Below are positions 22,319 through 24,000 of a DNA stretch of 24,000 bases, piece by piece. Source of the DNA: Thermithiobacillus plumbiphilus (GTDB lineage: Bacteria > Pseudomonadota > Gammaproteobacteria > Acidithiobacillales > Thermithiobacillaceae); the NCBI RefSeq assembly GCF_038070005.1, contig NZ_JBBPCO010000008.1:36777-60776 (forward strand), in the 5' to 3' direction. Below the pieces are notes generated by a model that had not been told where the DNA came from, made no database searches, and worked only from the letters and a program-made list of their open reading frames with translations. The translations under genes were made by a program, and so were the position numbers. The stretch's first letter is position 1, and the number at the start of each line of letters is the position of its first letter.

Positions 22319-23393
22319 CCTCGGCCTCCTCGCTCCAGTCGCGGGCTGGCTTGTTACGCTTGGCAGATGCGGGTTTGTTGGATTCCCGATAGCGCCCCTC
22401 CGTAATAGCGCGCTTGCGATGACGTGAAACGCGGGACTTGTGTATGCCCAACTCGGTGGCAATTTCTATTTGACTCAGGCCCTCTTCGAGCAACTGAATG
22501 ACCCGCTCATAAGTGCTGTCTTCCACGCTCCGTACGCTCCAGGGATTGCCACTGGCATCCGGTGTTCCCATGCGGGCTTCGAAGGGCGCCACGGCATCCC
22601 CCATCACGCCGCGTGCCTTCTCGAAATGCACCTCGAAAACAGCGCCCTCTTCCGGGCTGTACTGGCTAGGGCGCCGCAAGTTGATAACCGTATCCAGCAC
22701 GTCTTCACGGCGGCTGGTGCCCCGTTGCTGGCCGCCCTTGCCGGCATGGTGAATGAACAGGATGCTCTTGCCGCGTGCCCGCCATTTCAGTGCCCATTCC
22801 TGGATGGATAGCCAGGATTCCCCTTCGTTCTCTTTGCCGGTGCGGGCCAGGGTGGACAGGTTGTCCACCACGATCAGGGCAATCTCATCGGTGATGTGCT
22901 CATCCACCATGATCTGACCTAAAGGGCTGCTCAAATCGGGAGTTCGCCCATGCTCCTGCTCATCGGGGGTAATGATCCGAAATGGCGCCGTGGCCTCTTT
23001 CTCGCTCGCCAGGACGATGCCTGCCAGGCGTTCCTTGATGGTCACGGCGGGCATTTCCCCATCCACGAACAGCACGCCGCGCGGTCTTGGTGCCTGCCAC
23101 TTCAGGAAGCTGCCGCCGCTGGCCACTGCATAGGCAATGCCAAGGGAAAGGTGGGTTTTGCCGATGCCGCGCTGAGCAAAGATCATGGCCAGGCCTTGCG
23201 TAGGAATGACCGGCTCCATGACCCACTCACGCGGGGGATATTCCTTGGATAAGAGTTCATCCAGGCCCACGGCACGGACACGGGGCAGGGATTCGCGTTC
23301 CTCATTGCCTGCCAGTTCAACGCCGCCCAATGTCTCGGCCACTTCCTCGGGGCTGGCCAGCTCGGTATAGATCTGCTCGCTTAGGCTGCTCAT
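22308..23393 (-). CDS. RepA-like/RecA-fold AAA ATPase (putative replicative helicase) with C-terminal HTH
   Basis: Walker A FAQRGIGKTHLSL, Walker B ALIVVDNLSTL, FIHHAGKGGQQRG. C-terminal GLSQIEIATELGIHKSRVSRHRK HTH. ATG 23393 overlaps the upstream stop (ATGA). Confidence 0.78.
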   Translation of the reverse strand: MSSLSEQIYTELASPEEVAETLGGVELAGNEERESLPRVRAVGLDELLSKEYPPREWVMEPVIPTQGLAMIFAQRGIGKTHLSLGIAYAVASGGSFLKWQAPRPRGVLFVDGEMPAVTIKERLAGIVLASEKEATAPFRIITPDEQEHGRTPDLSSPLGQIMVDEHITDEIALIVVDNLSTLARTGKENEGESWLSIQEWALKWRARGKSILFIHHAGKGGQQRGTSRREDVLDTVINLRRPSQYSPEEGAVFEVHFEKARGVMGDAVAPFEARMGTPDASGNPWSVRSVEDSTYERVIQLLEEGLSQIEIATELGIHKSRVSRHRKRAITEGRYRESNKPASAKRNKPARDWSEEAEDAD

Positions 23394-24000
23394 GCCGCGC
23401 CCTCCATCGTCAGCACGTCCGCCCAATCGCAGGTCTTTGGAATGGCTCCATTGATGGCCGCCAGGCGCGCCAGGTGGTCTTTGGATGGCATCAGGATATG
23501 GACGCTTCGCCCTTGTGCCCGCAGCCGCTCCCGGAGCGTTCTTGCGGCTTCTTCGCCCGCCGCACTCCGGTCCAGGTCGGTGCCGATGATGATCTCTCGC
23601 GCATGGGGTGGCAGGATCACGGATGCCAGTCCCGGTGCCGACACGCAGGCCCAGGCCGGCCAGCCGGTGAACTGGTGCAGCGCCAGCGCGGTTTCGATGC
23701 CCTCGGCCAGGATCAGCCGCCCATTCTGAACAGGAAACAGGCGAATCGCCGCGCCACGGGTAGCGCCCTCGGCAATGGCCGGCATCAGCTTCTTGGGCTC
23801 GGGTACTGGTGCCTTGGCGCCGTCGGCAATCAGATAGGTACGGTGAATGCTCACCAGCCCCCCGTCCGGTCCCTGTACCGCTGCCAGCATAGCCGGGTGA
23901 AAGGTCTTGCTGTCGTCGGCATGGCGATAACTCAGGGCCGGTGCATGACGCAGCACAACGGGGAAAGTGGGCAGCCTCAGACCACGTGCATGCAGATAGC
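23390..24000 (-). CDS. toprim-domain primase-like protein (N-terminus outside window)
   Basis: The frame stays open to the window edge (..YLHARGLRLPTFPVVLRHAP..). Toprim motifs ILAEGIETALA (Glu) and IIIGTDLDRSAAGEEAA (DxD). Typical of P4-alpha/TraC-like primases of integrative elements. Confidence 0.75.
   Translation of the reverse strand, partial: YLHARGLRLPTFPVVLRHAPALSYRHADDSKTFHPAMLAAVQGPDGGLVSIHRTYLIADGAKAPVPEPKKLMPAIAEGATRGAAIRLFPVQNGRLILAEGIETALALHQFTGWPAWACVSAPGLASVILPPHAREIIIGTDLDRSAAGEEAARTLRERLRAQGRSVHILMPSKDHLARLAAINGAIPKTCDWADVLTMEGAA

Larger units (their letters stand above)
18763..24000. mobile_element. integrative element (P4-like primase/helicase type), distal end at the tRNA fragment, continues beyond the window
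   Basis: All genes are on the minus strand: toprim primase-like, RepA-like AAA ATPase, unknowns, Mor-like, small regulator. A repeat-rich low-GC arm abuts the 45-nt tRNA 3' copy. The integrase and intact tRNA are expected to the right of 24000. Confidence 0.6.

Overview
GC-rich (about 60% by eye) proteobacterial chromosomal window: two conserved housekeeping blocks separated and followed by three accessory segments. Core block 1 (1-2095) holds the 3' part of a YheT-like alpha/beta hydrolase and ilvA. Accessory segment 1 (2096-7900) starts with a sigma-54-driven cassette: a beta-carbonic-anhydrase-family enzyme of the CS2/COS-hydrolase-like type, an FmdB zinc-ribbon protein, and a sigma-54 enhancer-binding protein with a Cys-rich sensor. 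On its right the cassette is bounded by a diverged, frameshifted ~250-bp duplicate of the ilvA 3' region fused to a truncated higA. A toxin-antitoxin-rich islet follows: Phd/ParE, an unknown 167-aa protein, DUF3024, and a nonsense-interrupted gene coupled to DUF2283. Core block 2 (7935-15130) holds a truncated hemoglobin, an SDR, rep, a coiled-coil gene, zapA, 6S RNA, 5-formyl-THF cyclo-ligase, a YmdB-like phosphoesterase, a YajR-like MFS transporter and tRNA-Arg(CCG). Accessory segment 2 (15131-18717) looks like a decayed integrated element: HigB/HigA-like pair, orphan response regulator, ~550 bp with no credible ORF, truncated regulator gene, DUF4926/DUF6883 pair, degraded tyrosine integrase. 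A 45-nt tRNA-Met(CAT) 3' fragment (18718-18762, minus strand) separates it from accessory segment 3 (18763 to beyond 24000). Segment 3 is a second, apparently intact integrative element with a repeat-dense att-proximal arm, a small regulator surrounded by GTGACTTGTCAC palindromes, a Mor-like protein, several unknown proteins, a RepA-like AAA ATPase and a toprim primase-like gene running off the window. The most interesting candidates are the sigma-54/EBP-controlled CS2-hydrolase-like cassette with its ilvA-fragment scar, and the tandem tRNA-Met elements with their operator and iteron-like repeats. All family calls come from reading the translations and from remembered motifs; no database search was possible.
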